Both the position numbers and the translations under genes were made by a program. Shown here in pieces: positions 29,460-43,945 of a stretch of DNA of 64,000 nucleotides (positions within the stretch are counted from its first letter, which is position 1; each line of letters opens with the position of its first letter). The DNA comes from the human T2T-CHM13v2.0 reference genome, Homo sapiens: NCBI RefSeq assembly GCF_009914755.1, contig NC_060928.1. One strand, written 5' to 3'. The notes beneath the pieces are model-generated. The model did no database searches. It was given only the letters and a program-made list of their open reading frames with translations, and was not told where the DNA came from.

Positions 29460-31292
29460 TTTGTTTACACCAACATCATCACAAACAAGTTGGTAATGCA
29501 TTGTGCTACAATGTCACAATGCCAATCACCTTACTAAGAGACAAGAATTTTTCAGCTCTATTATAATCTTATAAGACATCATCATTTACACAGGCTGTCA
29601 TTGACCCAAATGCTGTTATGCAGCACTTGAGTGTATATAAAGTTACTTTTTGTATTACTTTTGCTCTATTTTATCTTTAGATTCTGAAGGAAGTATGTTA
29701 AAATCTCTTGCTATGATATAAGATCTGTTCTTTTTCCCATGAATTCTGTTAAGTGTTTACTTCACACACAACCGTCTATGTTGTTAGGAACAAATATGTT
29801 TATGACTATTATATTTTTATTGAGAGTTACCTATACAAATAAAATGGATCTGTTAACAGTGTTTGTAAAGTCTTAATAAACTGAACAATAAACTTTATTT
29901 CCATTATTATTTGTATATGTTTGTATTCAGTTATTTTTAAGTTCTCTTTTATTTGGCTTTAAGCATATATTTTATAATTATTATATAGCCTGGTTGTATT
30001 TAACCACTCTGAGATTCTACTGTTTAATGGGAATTTAAAACTGATGTTTGTGTGATTGTTGGTATGTCCGAATTTAAATGAGCAGTAAACCCACAAGTAT
30101 GTAGAAAATGAAAGAAGATAGAACATTAGCACAATCTGAGAAGTTACAAGTCAGGTGAATTGATAATAAAATAATCAACAGCTCCAGGGAAACTCAATCA
30201 TAAATCAGTAGAAGGAAAAATGAGATCAAAATGCATTATACAACAAAAATTATATAAGGCTCATTAATCTGTGACCCTTGATTACTGGTAATGAGTCAGT
30301 GGAAAGAAAGATAACATGGCTATAATAAAGCAAATTGGTGGAAAGTTTTTTATAGTTCTAAACATCCCCCACTCATTTCATAAAGTTAAATGACTACTGT
30401 TGCTTTGGTCTGGCAAAATATTGTATATTACTTCTCCGGAGAAAAGGGCCTATGGTCTTGGGGCCAGGAAGTATTAATAAGGTTGGAGGTAGAAAAGGGA
30501 AAACAAGGAGATTTAGTTAGTATTTGTGGTCTGGCTGTTGAGCATCCTGGTGTGCTTTTCTTACTTAGAAACCAATGTTCCCACCACCATTGCCAGAACC
30601 TTCACTCTCCAAGTAGGATTTTAGTGAAATTTCTGGGCAGTCTCACCAGCCCGAGAGAAAAGGCACAAAGGTATCAACATTCAAAGTTTTACAACTAACA
30701 GGCCCTATTAGATATCTTCTGGATGAGGTTAATATATCACAGGATCCACTGTATAATTTAAAGCTTCCAAATCCCAAATTTTTAAATAATATTTGACAAA
30801 TAAGAATTGCAAATCATCTGATTAAAACTTATATAAAAGATTTTTATAAAACAAACAGAAGACAAGAAACTTGCAGGAAATAAGATTATGCATTGATATC
30901 GTTTATGTTTCTAGAGTTAAGAGAAGATATTACAGTCACGAAAGAAAAACAGTGTGCATTAAAACAACAATTATTATAAAATAAGAGCTATTTGAAAATT
31001 TTTATTTTTTTGAAATTTTTAAAAACAATAGAAATTTGGAAAAATTAATATGAATAATTTTGTCAAAACAAAAATGAAACACAGATATTAAATATGCAAA
31101 ATAAAATTGGAAAGTTCATTTCAGAAGAACAAATATGTAAATAATAAGAGTTTCAGAGGGAGAAAAAAGAAGAATTAAAAGCAGGAAATTAAAAATGTAA
31201 TAGTAAAACAACATTTTCTCAGAACTAAAGGATACGAGTTTCTCAATTAAAAAGACCCACAGAATGCTTAAAACAATAAACAATGACCTAGG

Positions 31293-31889
31293 TAAAATGT
31301 TGGCAATGTGACCCATGGGCCAAATCCAGCTTGCCACCTATTTAAAAAAAAAAAAATGTTTCATTGGGACACATTCATGCCCATGTGATTATGTATTGTC
31401 CACGGGCTGCTTTTACAATATGACAGTGTTGAGTAGTTGTAGCACAGGCTGCATGGCCCACAAAGCCTGAAATATCTATTACCAGACCCTGTATTAGTCA
31501 GTTCTCACACTGCTGTGAAGAAATACCTAAGACTGCATAATTTATAAAGGAGAGAGGTTTAATTGACTCACAGTTCTGCATGGCTGGGGAGGCCTCAGGA
31601 AACTTAACAGTCATGGTGGAAGACAAATGAGAAGCAGCCACCTTCACAGGGTGGCAGGACAAAGCGAGTGCAAGCAGAGGAAATGCCAGACTCTTATGAA
31701 ACCATCAGATCTTGTGAGAACTCACTCACTATCACGAGAACAGCATGAGGAAACCACCCTCATGATTCAATCATCTCCACCTGGGCCTGCCTTTGACAGG
31801 TGGGGATTATGAGAGTTGAGATTTTGGGCGGCGACACAGAGCCAAGCTATATCAAACCCTTTACAGAAAAATTTTGCCATTCTCTTACG
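31293..31889 (+). mobile_element. MER58A (hAT-Charlie) interrupted by a THE1 LTR
   Basis: gttggcaa...gggccaaatccagc...ttgagtagttgt...ggcccacaaagcctgaaatat...ccctttacagaaaaattttgcc. Confidence 0.85.
31490..31854 (-). mobile_element. THE1C/D-like solo LTR
   Basis: tgtattagtc...ctatatca; TSD gaccc / aaccc. Confidence 0.88.
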
Positions 31890-32212
31890 TAGGGCAAAGC
31901 ACATCAGAAAATGTTCAAACAGTCAGGACAAAGAGGAATTTCTGTAGGATTCTAGACCAATAAATAATTTAGGTCCTATATACTGAATCAAGAATCAAAA
32001 TAGCTTTAAATAACAGCATTGGAATCTAGATGGCAAAAAAATAGCCTTCAAGTTCCTGAAAGAAAGTGATTTTCAATCACTAGAATTCTATACTCAGCCA
32101 CAAATTAATTGTCAAGGTGGAAGAAAGATCATTTTATAGATGCATGTTCTTCAGAATAATCTCTAAAACACCCATCTCATTTCAGGTAGCTACTTCAGAA
32201 TTTGCTCAGCAA

Positions 32213-32216
32213 AATA

Positions 32217-32252
<36 letters not shown>
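32213..32252. repeat. (AAT)n microsatellite
   Basis: Directly visible. Confidence 0.95.
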
Positions 32253-32254
<2 letters not shown>

Positions 32255-33282
32255 GAGTAACATACAACTTATAGATAAAGAAACATATGACTTATAGAAA
32301 TAAGAGATCTGGTCACAAGAGAAATGTGAGGCAAGAGAAACACCAAACGGTGAAGACAGAGCTCAGGTTAACTGTGGTGGTCATTTTATTAGGAATGCAA
32401 AATTGACAGAATACCTAATTCATCTGAATATCTCCAAAACATTTTTGAATTGTAAATAAATGACAAATATTAATTTTGATGAAAAAAATTATGCAGGGGA
32501 AAATTTTACTGAGGTTTACCATTTGGCTCAATTATGAGTAGCACTTAAATAGTTGTAATTTTACAAATGCTGAATATTGATTTAACCAAATTACTTTATA
32601 ACTACATTGAAATTATAGGGATTTGTTAAGGATGTGTATATGTGGTGAAATGGTGTCATCTGGAAAGGAAGTTATTTTCTTATCTATTTGGTGCATGTCA
32701 AATGATAATACAGAATACTAAAAAATGAAAGTAGCAATAAACATATGATATTTAGAGACCTACACATAATACAAAAATAATGAGTTGAAAAAGATAAAGT
32801 GGCTGGGATGATGAAACTGGAAGTGGAGGACTGTGGGCTGCCATTTTGTAAGATAAAATAAACAAACTTACAGAATTAGCTGACTGTTTAAACCATATAC
32901 CTCTATTTTTTAAATAAATATTTTACTTACTGCCCTGGTACAACTTGAGTTTGTAACACAGTAACCACCAGCCAGATTAAGACACCCAAATATCTCCTTC
33001 CTTTTTCTCACCTAGAACTAACACCTTCTCCCAAAATACAACCCCTTTTCTGACTTTGAGTCCCACAGATTAGTACAGCTTGTGTTTGCACTAAATGTAG
33101 GCGAAATCATACACTATTTAGCTTTTTTATTCAACATTATGATGTGTGTGAGGTGTGCTTATTTCCACTGTTGTGTAGTATTGCATTATATCAATATACT
33201 AGAATTAATTTATCCCTTCTTCGGTGGTTAGACACATAGGTTGTCTCCATCTGGATACCTTACAAATAATGCTGTTACGAAC

Positions 33283-33577
33283 TTTTTTTTTTTAGGCGGA
33301 GTCTCGCTCTGTCGCCCAGGCTGGAGTGCAGTGGCGCGATCTAGGCTCACTGCAGGCTCCGCTTCCCGGGTTCGCGCCATTCTCCTGCCTCAGCCTCCCC
33401 AGTATCTGGGACTACAGGTGCCCGCCACCACGCCCGGCTAATTTTTTTTTGTATTTTTTAGTAGAGACGGGGTTTCACTGTGTTAGCCAGGATGGTCTCG
33501 ATCTCCTGACCTCACGATCCGCCCGCCTCGGCCTCCCAAAGTGCTGGGATTACAGGTGTGAGCCACTGCGCCCGGCC
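33283..33577 (-). mobile_element. AluY inserted in the tail of an AluJ
   Basis: CpG-rich, ttagccaggatggtctcgatc; TSD gaactttttttt. Confidence 0.95.
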
Positions 33578-33581
33578 GAAC

Positions 33582-33852
33582 TTTTTTTTAGATAGGTTCT
33601 TGCTCTGTCGCCCAGGCTGGAATGCAGTGGTGTGAACGGGCTCACGGCAGCCTCCACTTCCTGGGCTCTAGTGATTCTCCTACCTCAGGTGCACTCCACC
33701 GCGCCTGGATAATTGTTATTTGTTTGTTTGTTTTATAGAGATGGGGTCTCACCATGTTTCCCAGGCTGGTCTCAAACTCCTGTGCTCAAGCAATCCTCCT
33801 GCCTTAGCTTCCCAGAGTGCTGGGATTACAGACGTGAGCCACTGCGCCCACC
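33582..33852 (-). mobile_element. AluJ with an internal deletion
   Basis: J-type gtgctcaagcaatcctcctgcc; outer TSD tgttacgaac (33273-33282) / tgttatgaac (33853-33862). Confidence 0.88.
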
Positions 33853-34099
33853 TGTTATGAACATGCTTGAACATAATTTTTGGTTTATGTATGTAAGCAT
33901 TTTTGTTGGTGATTAAAATTGTGGGGTTATAATAAGGTATGCACATGGTCAGATTTAAAAGATATATATAAATGAAACCCAAATTCCCATCATAGTGGGA
34001 GATTTTAGATTTTCAACCACATCTTTTGGTAAATGACATGTAAAGCAGTCAAAATTTAATCAGAATGTTGAAGATGTATATAACACAATTATCAAACGT

Positions 34100-36880
34100 G
34101 ATTATAATGTTATTCTTTTTTTCTGTTAATTTCTGACTCATGTATTATGAAGCTATCTTATCAAGAGGATACAAATTTAGAAGTGCATCTTTTTGATGGA
34201 TTGATACCTTAAACCTAAAATATTCCATTTTTATTTTTGCTGAAAACCGTCCTTTAGTAGTTTTTTTCAACCAAGATCTGTGGGTAATTATTTTGTTATT
34301 TGTGTGTCTAAATATTATTTTAATTTGCCTTCGCTATTAAAGGAATTCAGAATCACAACTTGGTGTAGTTGTTTACCCTGATTACTTTATCCTTGTTAAT
34401 CTGTCTCTTCAGCATCCATCACTTCTCATGGGAAATCTAGTTTTAATCTGAATTTACTATTCTATAGACATTTATAAGTCTATTTTCTTACATTGTATTT
34501 AGGATTCTTTTTAAATTTTTATGGTTCTATAATTTTATACAATGCATCCAAATATATATTTTTTTAAAAATATTTTATTCACACTTGAGAAAACTTTTCA
34601 ATGTACAGATTTTAAACTTTTCTCCCTTTCCACACCATCTAGTAGATCTATGATAGAGCTTCTCAAACTATGTCTTGAGTTCTCTTTAATATTTTTTATA
34701 TTTTTATGAATCTGTGTTGCATTTGGATCTTCAGGTTTAGTGTAAAACCCATTAACTCTACTATCAGTGCTGTTTTTTCTCAGTATTTAGTCAGCTTATT
34801 TTTAAAACACATTTCACGAGGTACATTTGCCATTTCCAAGGCTGTCAATTGCTTCTTTGTCAAATGTACCAATTTTTGTTCGATGGTTTCCTTGAATCAT
34901 TCTAAAGAAAACATTTCATCCTTTAGAATACTATTTTATGTTTGAAAATATATAAAAAATTAAATGTAAACTTAAATTTTGAGTTAAAAGATAAATTATC
35001 ATTTATATACACTGTACTGACTCAAATGTATATTACCAGTCTCTTGGAAGTCCCCTTTCAGGTCCCTTCCCAGCTGAATTTTATTCCTGCCACTGCCACT
35101 GGAGTTAACACCTAACCTAAATTCATTCTAATAATTTCCTCATTTATATATGTTCCATATATAAATAGAATATATATAGTTATCATTATATTCTATAAAT
35201 AAGCTATATATATATTCCATATATATGGAATATATTAAAATAAGAAAATTATTAGAATATATATTATATAGTATATAACATAAATAGCCTATTTGTAGAA
35301 TATATAATATCCTAAACAATCATATACTATTTAGAGTTATTAAACTTTAAAAACTTATTTATTTCATATTTCATGTCTTCATTATATTATGTCTGATATT
35401 AATGTGGTTAAATCAACTTTTTTGTTTCGCATGTGCATGGTAAATATTTTTTCATCTTTTGAATTTAACCTTTTTATTACTGTGTATTTTACATATGTCT
35501 TTCCTAAACAACATAAAGCTGGAATTTGTTTCAAATCCACAGTGACAACTTTCCCCTTAACTAAATTGTTGAGTCCCTGCACATTTTTTACAGTAACTAT
35601 TTTATCTGAACTGAGTTTAACTATTTTATTGTGTGTTTTCTTTCTGCCTCATCTTTTCTCACTTCTCTTCCTTTCTAGCCATCTTTTTGTGTTGATCGAT
35701 TTTTTTTCTTTTTCTCCTTCCATATTTCCCCTCTACTTGTTTGTAAATAATATACTCTGTGCATGTTATTCTAGTGATTAGAGGAACTGTATGACTAGCT
35801 ATCCTTGACCTAACAAATTTAAAATTAATCAGCGTCTTCACTCTCTTTCAAAATAATAAAATGACTACAGTAATAAACCTTAGATTACTTTAAATCCATT
35901 CGCTATTTCCCAAATTATATATTATTTTTGCTTAGTATTTTAGTTCTTTTTCTGTGTTTTCTCACAAATTAGACATTATCGTTATTTTATGCCAGTGTTT
36001 GAAATTATCCACAAACTAACTGGTATATTTTCTTGCCATTCTTTTTTGCATTTGAGATTTTTTATCTAGAACCATTGTCTTTCTGCCTAAAGTACTACAT
36101 CCTTCAGAATTGTCTTTAGTAACTGGTAAGTTCTCATTTTTATGTCTCATTTTACTCTGATTCTTAAAAGATATTTTACATGTGTATACAATTCTAGATT
36201 GGTAAATATTACTTCCTCGGCATATTTAAAAATTATTTCACTTTCTTCTGTCTTTATTTTTTGCTACAAATGAGTCCATTATGTGTCTTATAGACATTTT
36301 TGTAGGTATTTAGTCTCTTTTTCTCCCTCCTGGCTGCTCTTAGGGTCTCTTTTTCGTGGTCTTTAAATGTTTTATAAGTGAAGAGTTCCTTCAATTCGTC
36401 CTGCGTTGTGTTCATTGTGCTTTTATAATCTAAATATTTTTTTTTTCAACGATTCTGTGAGGTTATTATCCTCTACCATTCTGACCATTGTCTCTTTCCT
36501 GTTATCTTTGGTATGGCCTCTGCAACCCTGACAAGAAGATGTTAGAGCTTCTCATTTTATTCTCAATGCCTCTTAACTTCTCTTCGTGGTGTTCTTCTGC
36601 TTCTCTGAGCCACACTCTAAGTTATTTCTCCAGCTTTGTATTCCACTTTAAAATTTCTCTCTTCAACTTTATGTAATCTGTTCTTTAATCTATCCATTGA
36701 GCTTTTAGTTTCATTGTTACATTTTCATTTATAGAGGTTTTAGTTCAAACAATTTTATTATTCTTTATTTATTACTCACCACTGTGGATTTTCTGATAGC
36801 TCAAAACAATTTTGCTCTGGTTTTTATGCATGACCATGTACGTTTAATATATGTTTTTAAATATTAATCTATTTCTGGAA
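34100..36880 (-). mobile_element. Old L1M fragments (ORF2 and 5' region), very T-rich
   Basis: gaagctatcttatcaagaggatacaaatttagaa, tgtctgatattaat, attctagattgg and similar motifs. Confidence 0.55.
35125..35310. repeat. AT-rich nested inverted repeats
   Basis: 35125-35163 vs reverse complement of 35220-35258 matches 34/39; second pair about 35186-35207 vs 35284-35305; perfect palindrome atattccatatatatggaatat. Confidence 0.8.
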
Positions 36881-37910
36881 CAGAAAAATAAAGATGATTC
36901 ATATGCTTATGCTGTCATTGTTAATTTGAAGGCAATTTTCTTTTTCTTACCTTAAAACAAGTATTAATCTCTCCTTATCTGTCTTATTCCAAAGTCTGAG
37001 CTCATTCATTACTACCATCTAAATGCATGTCTATTATTACTGTATAGCATCTATTCACAAAAATGTTTTGAAACTTATTTTTTATTTGACATAAAAATAT
37101 TCTTATATCTTGAAACTATTTTTAAGAATAAAATTATCTCTAGCAAGACTCTCTATTAGTGTACTATAAATACTTTGAGGATGTAATTTGTTATATGGAA
37201 GTTGACATTTTCCTCATGTTTATTTGTTCTTATTAATAATTTTTTGAAACAAATTAATGATTACTAATTACACTTAATATCTTACCTTTGAGATATGTAC
37301 TTTTTAATGATATTTTCAAATTTAACCTGTAGTAAGCTTTGTGAAAGTCTGTAAATGCATATCAATAGTGCCTAAAAGGCTTATAAAACATAAACCTGTA
37401 AATTTGTTTGTACTGTATTAGTTTATCCTAGGGAACATCAAATATACATTGAATTTTTATTTAAAAAACTATGAAAACTGCTCATTACATTTCATATATC
37501 TAAAAAAGTAAGAATTATTTGCTAAAGTAAGACATGTATTAAATTATGGTGCATCTATATGATAAAATATTCGGCTATTAAAGATAATAATTTCTAAGAG
37601 GAATATTTAACTTTGAGAAATATGCATATCATATGAAAAGTGATAAACACAAAAAAACAAAAAATATACACTATTCCACTGTTCCTTTTGCGTCTATCTA
37701 TTTATCTATCTGACAAAATCCTGGAAAGAAAAACAAATATGTTAAAGTGTTAAGTATAATTTTTCTGCATGATAAAATTCTGTTATTTTTCTTTATATTT
37801 CCAATTTTTAAAAAAATTATAATAAATATTATATTGAAATTATAGGAAAAAGTTCACATTTTTATTATTATCACATAGCTATGTTCAAAACTGGGAAATG
37901 GCAAAATTAA

Positions 37911-38012
37911 GAGAGGGAGACTGAAAGGGAAGGAGAAGAGAAAAAGGAATGAAGGAAGGAAGGAAAGGACGGAGGGAGGAAGAAAGAGAAGAAGGAAGGG
38001 AAAGAGGGAGGA
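37911..38012. repeat. GA-rich polypurine low-complexity tract
   Basis: Directly visible. Confidence 0.85.
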
Positions 38013-38720
38013 CATGGGATGCTCTCTATACTGACATATTCTCTTTTACTTTTTAATATATACAGTAAATACAAAACTAAAGGACCTGGTGTTGATCACT
38101 GCAGGCACTTAAAACTCATCAGTTCGAGTCTGCTAACATTTAGGAAAGCAAACAGCCAACCAGGGGTTCCAAATAAAAGCACAGGGCAGAAGTCAGCAAA
38201 GATCATTATGGCAATCTTCAAAGGCTGGCTCAGACCACACATTTGGTGATAGCTCACATGGTCACCATTCAAGAATTCAGAGAAGGAACAAGAAGGGGCC
38301 AGGTTTGGGATGGGGGAGGGCGTAAGAGCTATTTCCTGTACCAAAAACCTGTAAGCTTATAAAGAAACTAAGAGATGTCACATTTGAAAGGGACTAAAGT
38401 AAACATTTCTGAGTTAGAGTGAGTGGTGCCAGTACATTTCTGACTTGGAATGAATCTTTTCTTTCTCTTGTTTGCCATTGAAAAGTTATCTGTACCACTA
38501 ATACACAGTTATAGCCATAATATTTTGGTTACCAGAAGGAGAATCTGCTCTGATTATCTTAAGTGAAGCATGCTTTATTAAAAAGACACTGCTGAGTCTC
38601 TCATGTCAAAGCCAATCTATTTTCTAAGAGCTGCTGTTATTGTTATCTGTCTTGTGTCTCTCATTCTAGCCTCTCCATTCTGCTTTTGTCTGCAATTGGC
38701 TTTCTCTGTTTCACTAACAG

Positions 38721-38795
38721 CTCCTCTCCTCTCCTCTCCTCTCCTCTCCTCTCCTCTCCTCTCCTCTCCTCTCCTCTCCTCTCCTCTCCTCTCCT
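38721..38795. repeat. (CTCCT)15 pentanucleotide microsatellite
   Basis: 15 perfect units followed by ctctt units. Confidence 0.97.
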
Positions 38796-39239
38796 CTCTT
38801 CTCTTCCTTCCTTGAAGCTTTAGCTTCTTATACTGCCAACAATGGATCCAACTCTATGTGAATTCTTGGTTCCATGTCCACTATTCTCATCAATTCCTTC
38901 TCTCAGTGCTACTGTTCTTAATTTTTCAGAGAGGATTCCATCGCCATGTTGGATCAGTGTCACCTATTGTACAATCAATGGTGGTATAAATTATATGGGT
39001 GTAAGGGGTGGGACCTCTTGAAGGCTATGTATGAAGTGTTGTCTCTCTACTAAAGTTAGTGGTTGACATGTCTGCTGCATATACTTCTTAGGAAAAAGCC
39101 ATGGCTGCTTGGCAAAGTTTGATTATAAGGTAGGTATCAGACACAAAGGAAGAATTAAAGAGGGACATGTTTATTGAGTATCAGAACCTATATGTATGGT
39201 GGCCACTTAATTATATGAGCTATTAATGTTCTCACAGCG

Positions 39240-39450
39240 CTTAACAATTATTTAACATCTATTACTGAGCACCAGGTGCTTTGCTGTATGTCATATCATT
39301 TCATCCTCATACGAATGCTTTGGAGTTGGCATTGCTGCCTTATTTCACAAATGAAAAACGTAATCTTTAGGATTTCGAATCATATGTCCAAGGACACACA
39401 ATAGAAATAAAATTCAAAGAAAACTCATGCCTGTCTGACTGCATTAGGTA
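39240..39450 (-). mobile_element. MIR SINE
   Basis: tactgagcaccaggtgct...atttcatcctcat...atttcacaaatgaaaaac...tgtccaaggacacac. Confidence 0.7.
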
Positions 39451-40777
39451 ATGTTTTTCTTAAAACCTCAGTTTAGCCTAGAGTCAAGCACTGATTTACT
39501 GTGTGATCTGGTATAACTCACTTACACTCCAGCCTTTATATTTTTCATCCATAAAGTAAGAATATTCTACAAAGTATCTCTAGGGTCCATCTACATTATA
39601 CCTTTTATGAAACTTTGATAATATTTTACTTATTATTTGGTTTTATCCCATTTTTAATTCATGTCTCCATTTTTTAAATTTTAGTAGTGATTCTAGTAAG
39701 CACACTAGAAATAAATATCGGTAATTAAAAGTAAAGATTATCTGCATTAAAATAATAAAATGGTGGTTCCAACTTCACCATTAGTAACTCAAGATTTTAA
39801 ATATACAGCATCAAAACTATGAACAAATCATAGATTATTTCAATAAAAATTAGCCAACGTAAGCTGGTGCTTTCTTCCTTTTCCACAGCCACTGAAAGAG
39901 ACACTAAGAAGAATCAGACATAGACTGCTCTATTGAGCAAGTGTTTCTTGGACATACGAGTAAATGCAGATGAAAGGATGGGATGTTAGAAAGAGCAGAC
40001 AATGTTTGGAGGATTTGAAAAACTTCCTAAAAGGAGTAGCATTTGAAATGTGTTTTGAACATATTAGCCAAGAGTAATTATTCATCAAAATCAGTAATAA
40101 TCACTACACATTTTAAAGAAAAACCAAATGAACTCTTTAAGTTGGTTTGAAATAACTTGATTTTCACATTTTATATTTTTTACATAAGTCTAAGCTCCTT
40201 AACATAGAAAAATGTTTGTAAACAGCAGCACCTAGAGACAAAACTTAGAGAATTCTGATTCCAAGACTCAAACCCAGCCAGCTCCTTGGGGGAGAGCACA
40301 TTCAGAACCAGAGTGCAGCTGCAAGGCTGTTTCCCTTGACTTGTGTGGCACAGAGCTGAGAGAGTGTAAAGGACGGGAAGTGATGTGGAACCGGAATTCA
40401 GAATGATCCAGGTCCCACTGCAGTAAAAGTCTGCCTGAGAAGCAGCTGAGTACATAAAAGCTCATAAAGAAAACCAAAACAATGATATTCCCCATTGTGA
40501 CTGTTTAGTCTTTCTGTAGAGACTCATGGGGTCCTGGCTATTATCTATTTTTAATATCACTTGACCTGAAAATTTATGCTACCATCTGGTAGAAGAGGAA
40601 TATTTTTTTCTCTAATGTGAATATGGGTGAAGAAAAATGATGAGGGAAGAGTCATAGAATAAGTCACTTAGTTTTTGACATTTTAAATGTAACTAGACAC
40701 ATTAGATATTCTAACCAATAGATCAATCATTTGGTGTGTATCTACTATACTATACTTGTTATACTGTGGCACTGAGA

Positions 40778-41114
<337 letters not shown>

Positions 41115-41436
41115 ATTTCTTTTTTTCTTGTTTCTTTTTTTTTTTTTTTTTTTTGAGACAGAGTCTTGCTCTGTCGCCCAGGCCAGAGTGCAGTGGCTCA
41201 ATCTCGGCTCACTGCAACCTCTGCCTCCTGCGTTCAAGCGATTCTTGTGCCTCAGCCTCCTGAGTAGCTGGAACTACAGGTGCCTGCCACCACATCAGGC
41301 TAATTTGTGTATTTTTAGTAGAGACAGGGTTTCAGCATGTTGGCCAGGCTGGTCTCGAACTCCTGGCCTCAAGTGATCCAACTGCCTTGGCCTCCCAAAG
41401 TGCTGGGATTACAGCTGTGACACACTGTGTCTAGCC
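41115..41436 (-). mobile_element. AluSx/Sz
   Basis: Full dimer; outer TSD ctgtggcactgagatttt / ctgtgccactgaatttt brackets both Alus. Confidence 0.92.
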
Positions 41437-42357
41437 CCTGTGCCACTGAATTTTCAAGTGGGAAAGTGTTGAATCTAATACTCTGTTGTATATGTATCAT
41501 CTTTTCCTTTAAAATAGAAAATAAAACTTCCTTTTGGAAAGTTATTGCTAATTGTTTTACTTATTTCATTCCGACTTACCACCATTTCCTCACCTTTCAT
41601 TTGAATCAATCAGACAATTATGCCTTTCTACAGGAACTGAACTAACGATCTCATGGGATTCAACTTAATAGTCACAATTCAGTCATTCAATCAAGAGTCC
41701 AGTGTAGGGGCCTAGTAATTGCTGGGGGCTCTGTTGGATGCCTACCATATAGAAGCTCTTACTGATGCCATCAGGGGTCACAGAGCCAAAGAATCAGGTG
41801 AATAATTTAGGATGCAATTGTATGTGCACATGTGCGGTACAGAACACACACCTGCTTCATAGGTGTTACGGAGCAGGGTGAGATGAAATGTATTGGATCA
41901 AAGGAAGTTGGGGGGTGAGTTGGTGACTAGTGCATAGTGCTCAGAGAAGTTCTCTTGGAGAAAATAATATTTGTGCAAGAGTAGTAAATATAGACAGTAA
42001 TTTGCCAAGTGACAAGGGAGAAAGGTCACGCAACTCTAATGACCAGAACTGACATTTTCATTTTACGTTTCCATTAAATTAACCATTTAGACTGTACAAT
42101 AAAAGTCACAATATGAATGTAGAAGACTCAGGTATCCAGTGTGCAAGACAATGATGCTGAACGTACCATGAAGCAAATTTTCACCGAGTGCTGTCCTGCC
42201 TTGTTGTTTCCCTGTGTTGCAGTGATGAAATGGGATCTATCCCTCTTCCGACGATCCCTTTCCGTGGAAAGAACTACCTTAGCACAATCCCTCTGACCCC
42301 TCTGTCTTCTTTATAGCTCTAGGAAGAGGAGGTGACTATCTAATTGGTGATTTAATT

Positions 42358-43119
42358 ATCATGTGATCTAGCAATCCCACTTCTGGGTATAGAGCTAAAG
42401 GAACAGAAATCAGGATCTCGAAGACGTATCTATCTGCACTCTTATGTTAATTACAGCATTATTCACAAAAGCCAAGACATAGAAGCAACCTAAACATCCA
42501 CCAATAGATGAAATGATAAAGAAAATGGGGTATATACATACTATGAAATATTATTGAGCCTTAAAAAGGAAGGAAATCCTGTCATTTGCAACAACATGGA
42601 TGAACCTGGAAGACATTACGCTAAGTGAAATAAGCCAGACACAGAAAGAAAGGTACGAAATGATTCTAACTTATAAGATGAAACAAAAATAGTCAAATTC
42701 ATAGAAGTAGAGAGCAGAATGGTAATTGTCAGGAGCTGGGGATAGGGGGAAATGAGGAGGTTTCATTTAAAGGGTACACAGTTTCTGTTAATTAATACAA
42801 GATGAGTAATCCTACATGTATCTGTACAACACAGTGCCTATAGTTAACAACACTGTATTCACACTTAAAAATGTGGTAAGAAAGTAGATCTTACGGTAAG
42901 CTTATCACAAAATCAATAACTGTTATGAAGATGGTAGGAGAAAACTTTCGGAGGGTATGGGTAGGTTTATTGCATAGATTGTATAGATTGGGTTGACAGT
43001 CATGGATGTGTACTTACCTCCAAACTCATCAAGTTGTATGCATTAAATATGCACAGCTTTACTTTCTGAGTGTCAATTAAACCTCAATAAAATAGTTTAA
43101 AAATAAATAAAGATAAAAA
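42358..43119 (+). mobile_element. L1MA (MA8/9-like) 3' end
   Basis: gatctagcaatcccacttctgggtata...catggatgaacctggaagacatt...caaactcatcaagttgtat...cctcaataaa. Confidence 0.85.
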
Positions 43120-43696
43120 CTACAGGATGCAGTACAAAGAACAACAAAAAAGAACCTGGACGTGTGTGGCTAGCTCCCTTCCTTTTTTCTTCTGCTTTGC
43201 ATAGCACAGAGCTCATGACTTCCTGTCAGCCCTTATGCTGGTGGTCCATGAATCTGCCTGAAGCTGGAGTGCAGCAATACAGAGTCATATGTCCAAACAG
43301 AGGGACTACATTTTTCTTACATGAGCTTTATTTGTTACAGAAGTGATATTTTAGCCAATATCTGCCTTACTCCTTTGCATTATATTTCAACTGATTCAGA
43401 ATGTATAATGTTTTTTAATCATCATAATCTGGTCTTCTGACAGTAAAAGTAACATAAAAATGCGGTTATATGCTTTGATCTTCAGTGAAATAATCCTGGT
43501 GTGAGCCCCTATTCTAACACCTCTTACTGAGAACATTTTGGAAAGTTGCTGAATGCCTTTGAGCTTCAGCCTCCTCATCTATACTATGGAGATGTTTAAA
43601 ATGATAAACTGGCCAGTCCCTTTTAGCTAAGAGGACTTCTAGCAAGTTTCCAATGTTTCTTACCACTCATTCATTCCTTCACTCTTTCTTTCTTTC

Positions 43697-43945
43697 AGCA
43701 TAGAAGAGTAGATAGAGCATGCACTCTGGAACCAGACGGTGTGGATTTGAATACCGGCTCTGCCACTTGAGCCATGACTTTGATAAGTTTTATAAGTTCT
43801 GTATATTTCAGGCACTCCATTGGTAATTTCAGGATAATAATAATATCTATATCTGAGAATTGTTGTTAGGATTAAATAGGCTAATATTTTTAAAGTGCAT
43901 AGGAGATTGCTACTAATATATAAAAATACAATACATATTTTAATT
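43697..43945 (+). mobile_element. MIR SINE
   Basis: agagcatgcactctggaaccagac...ggctctgccactt...gttgttaggattaaatag. Confidence 0.8.

Larger units (their letters stand above)
30080..32920 (+). mobile_element. Old L1/HAL1-like element (degenerate ORF1 region followed by a 3' end), interrupted
   Basis: ORF1-like motifs (attttctcagaactaaagga, tagaattctatactcagcca) with no ORF2 before the 3'-end-like sequence. Confidence 0.5.
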
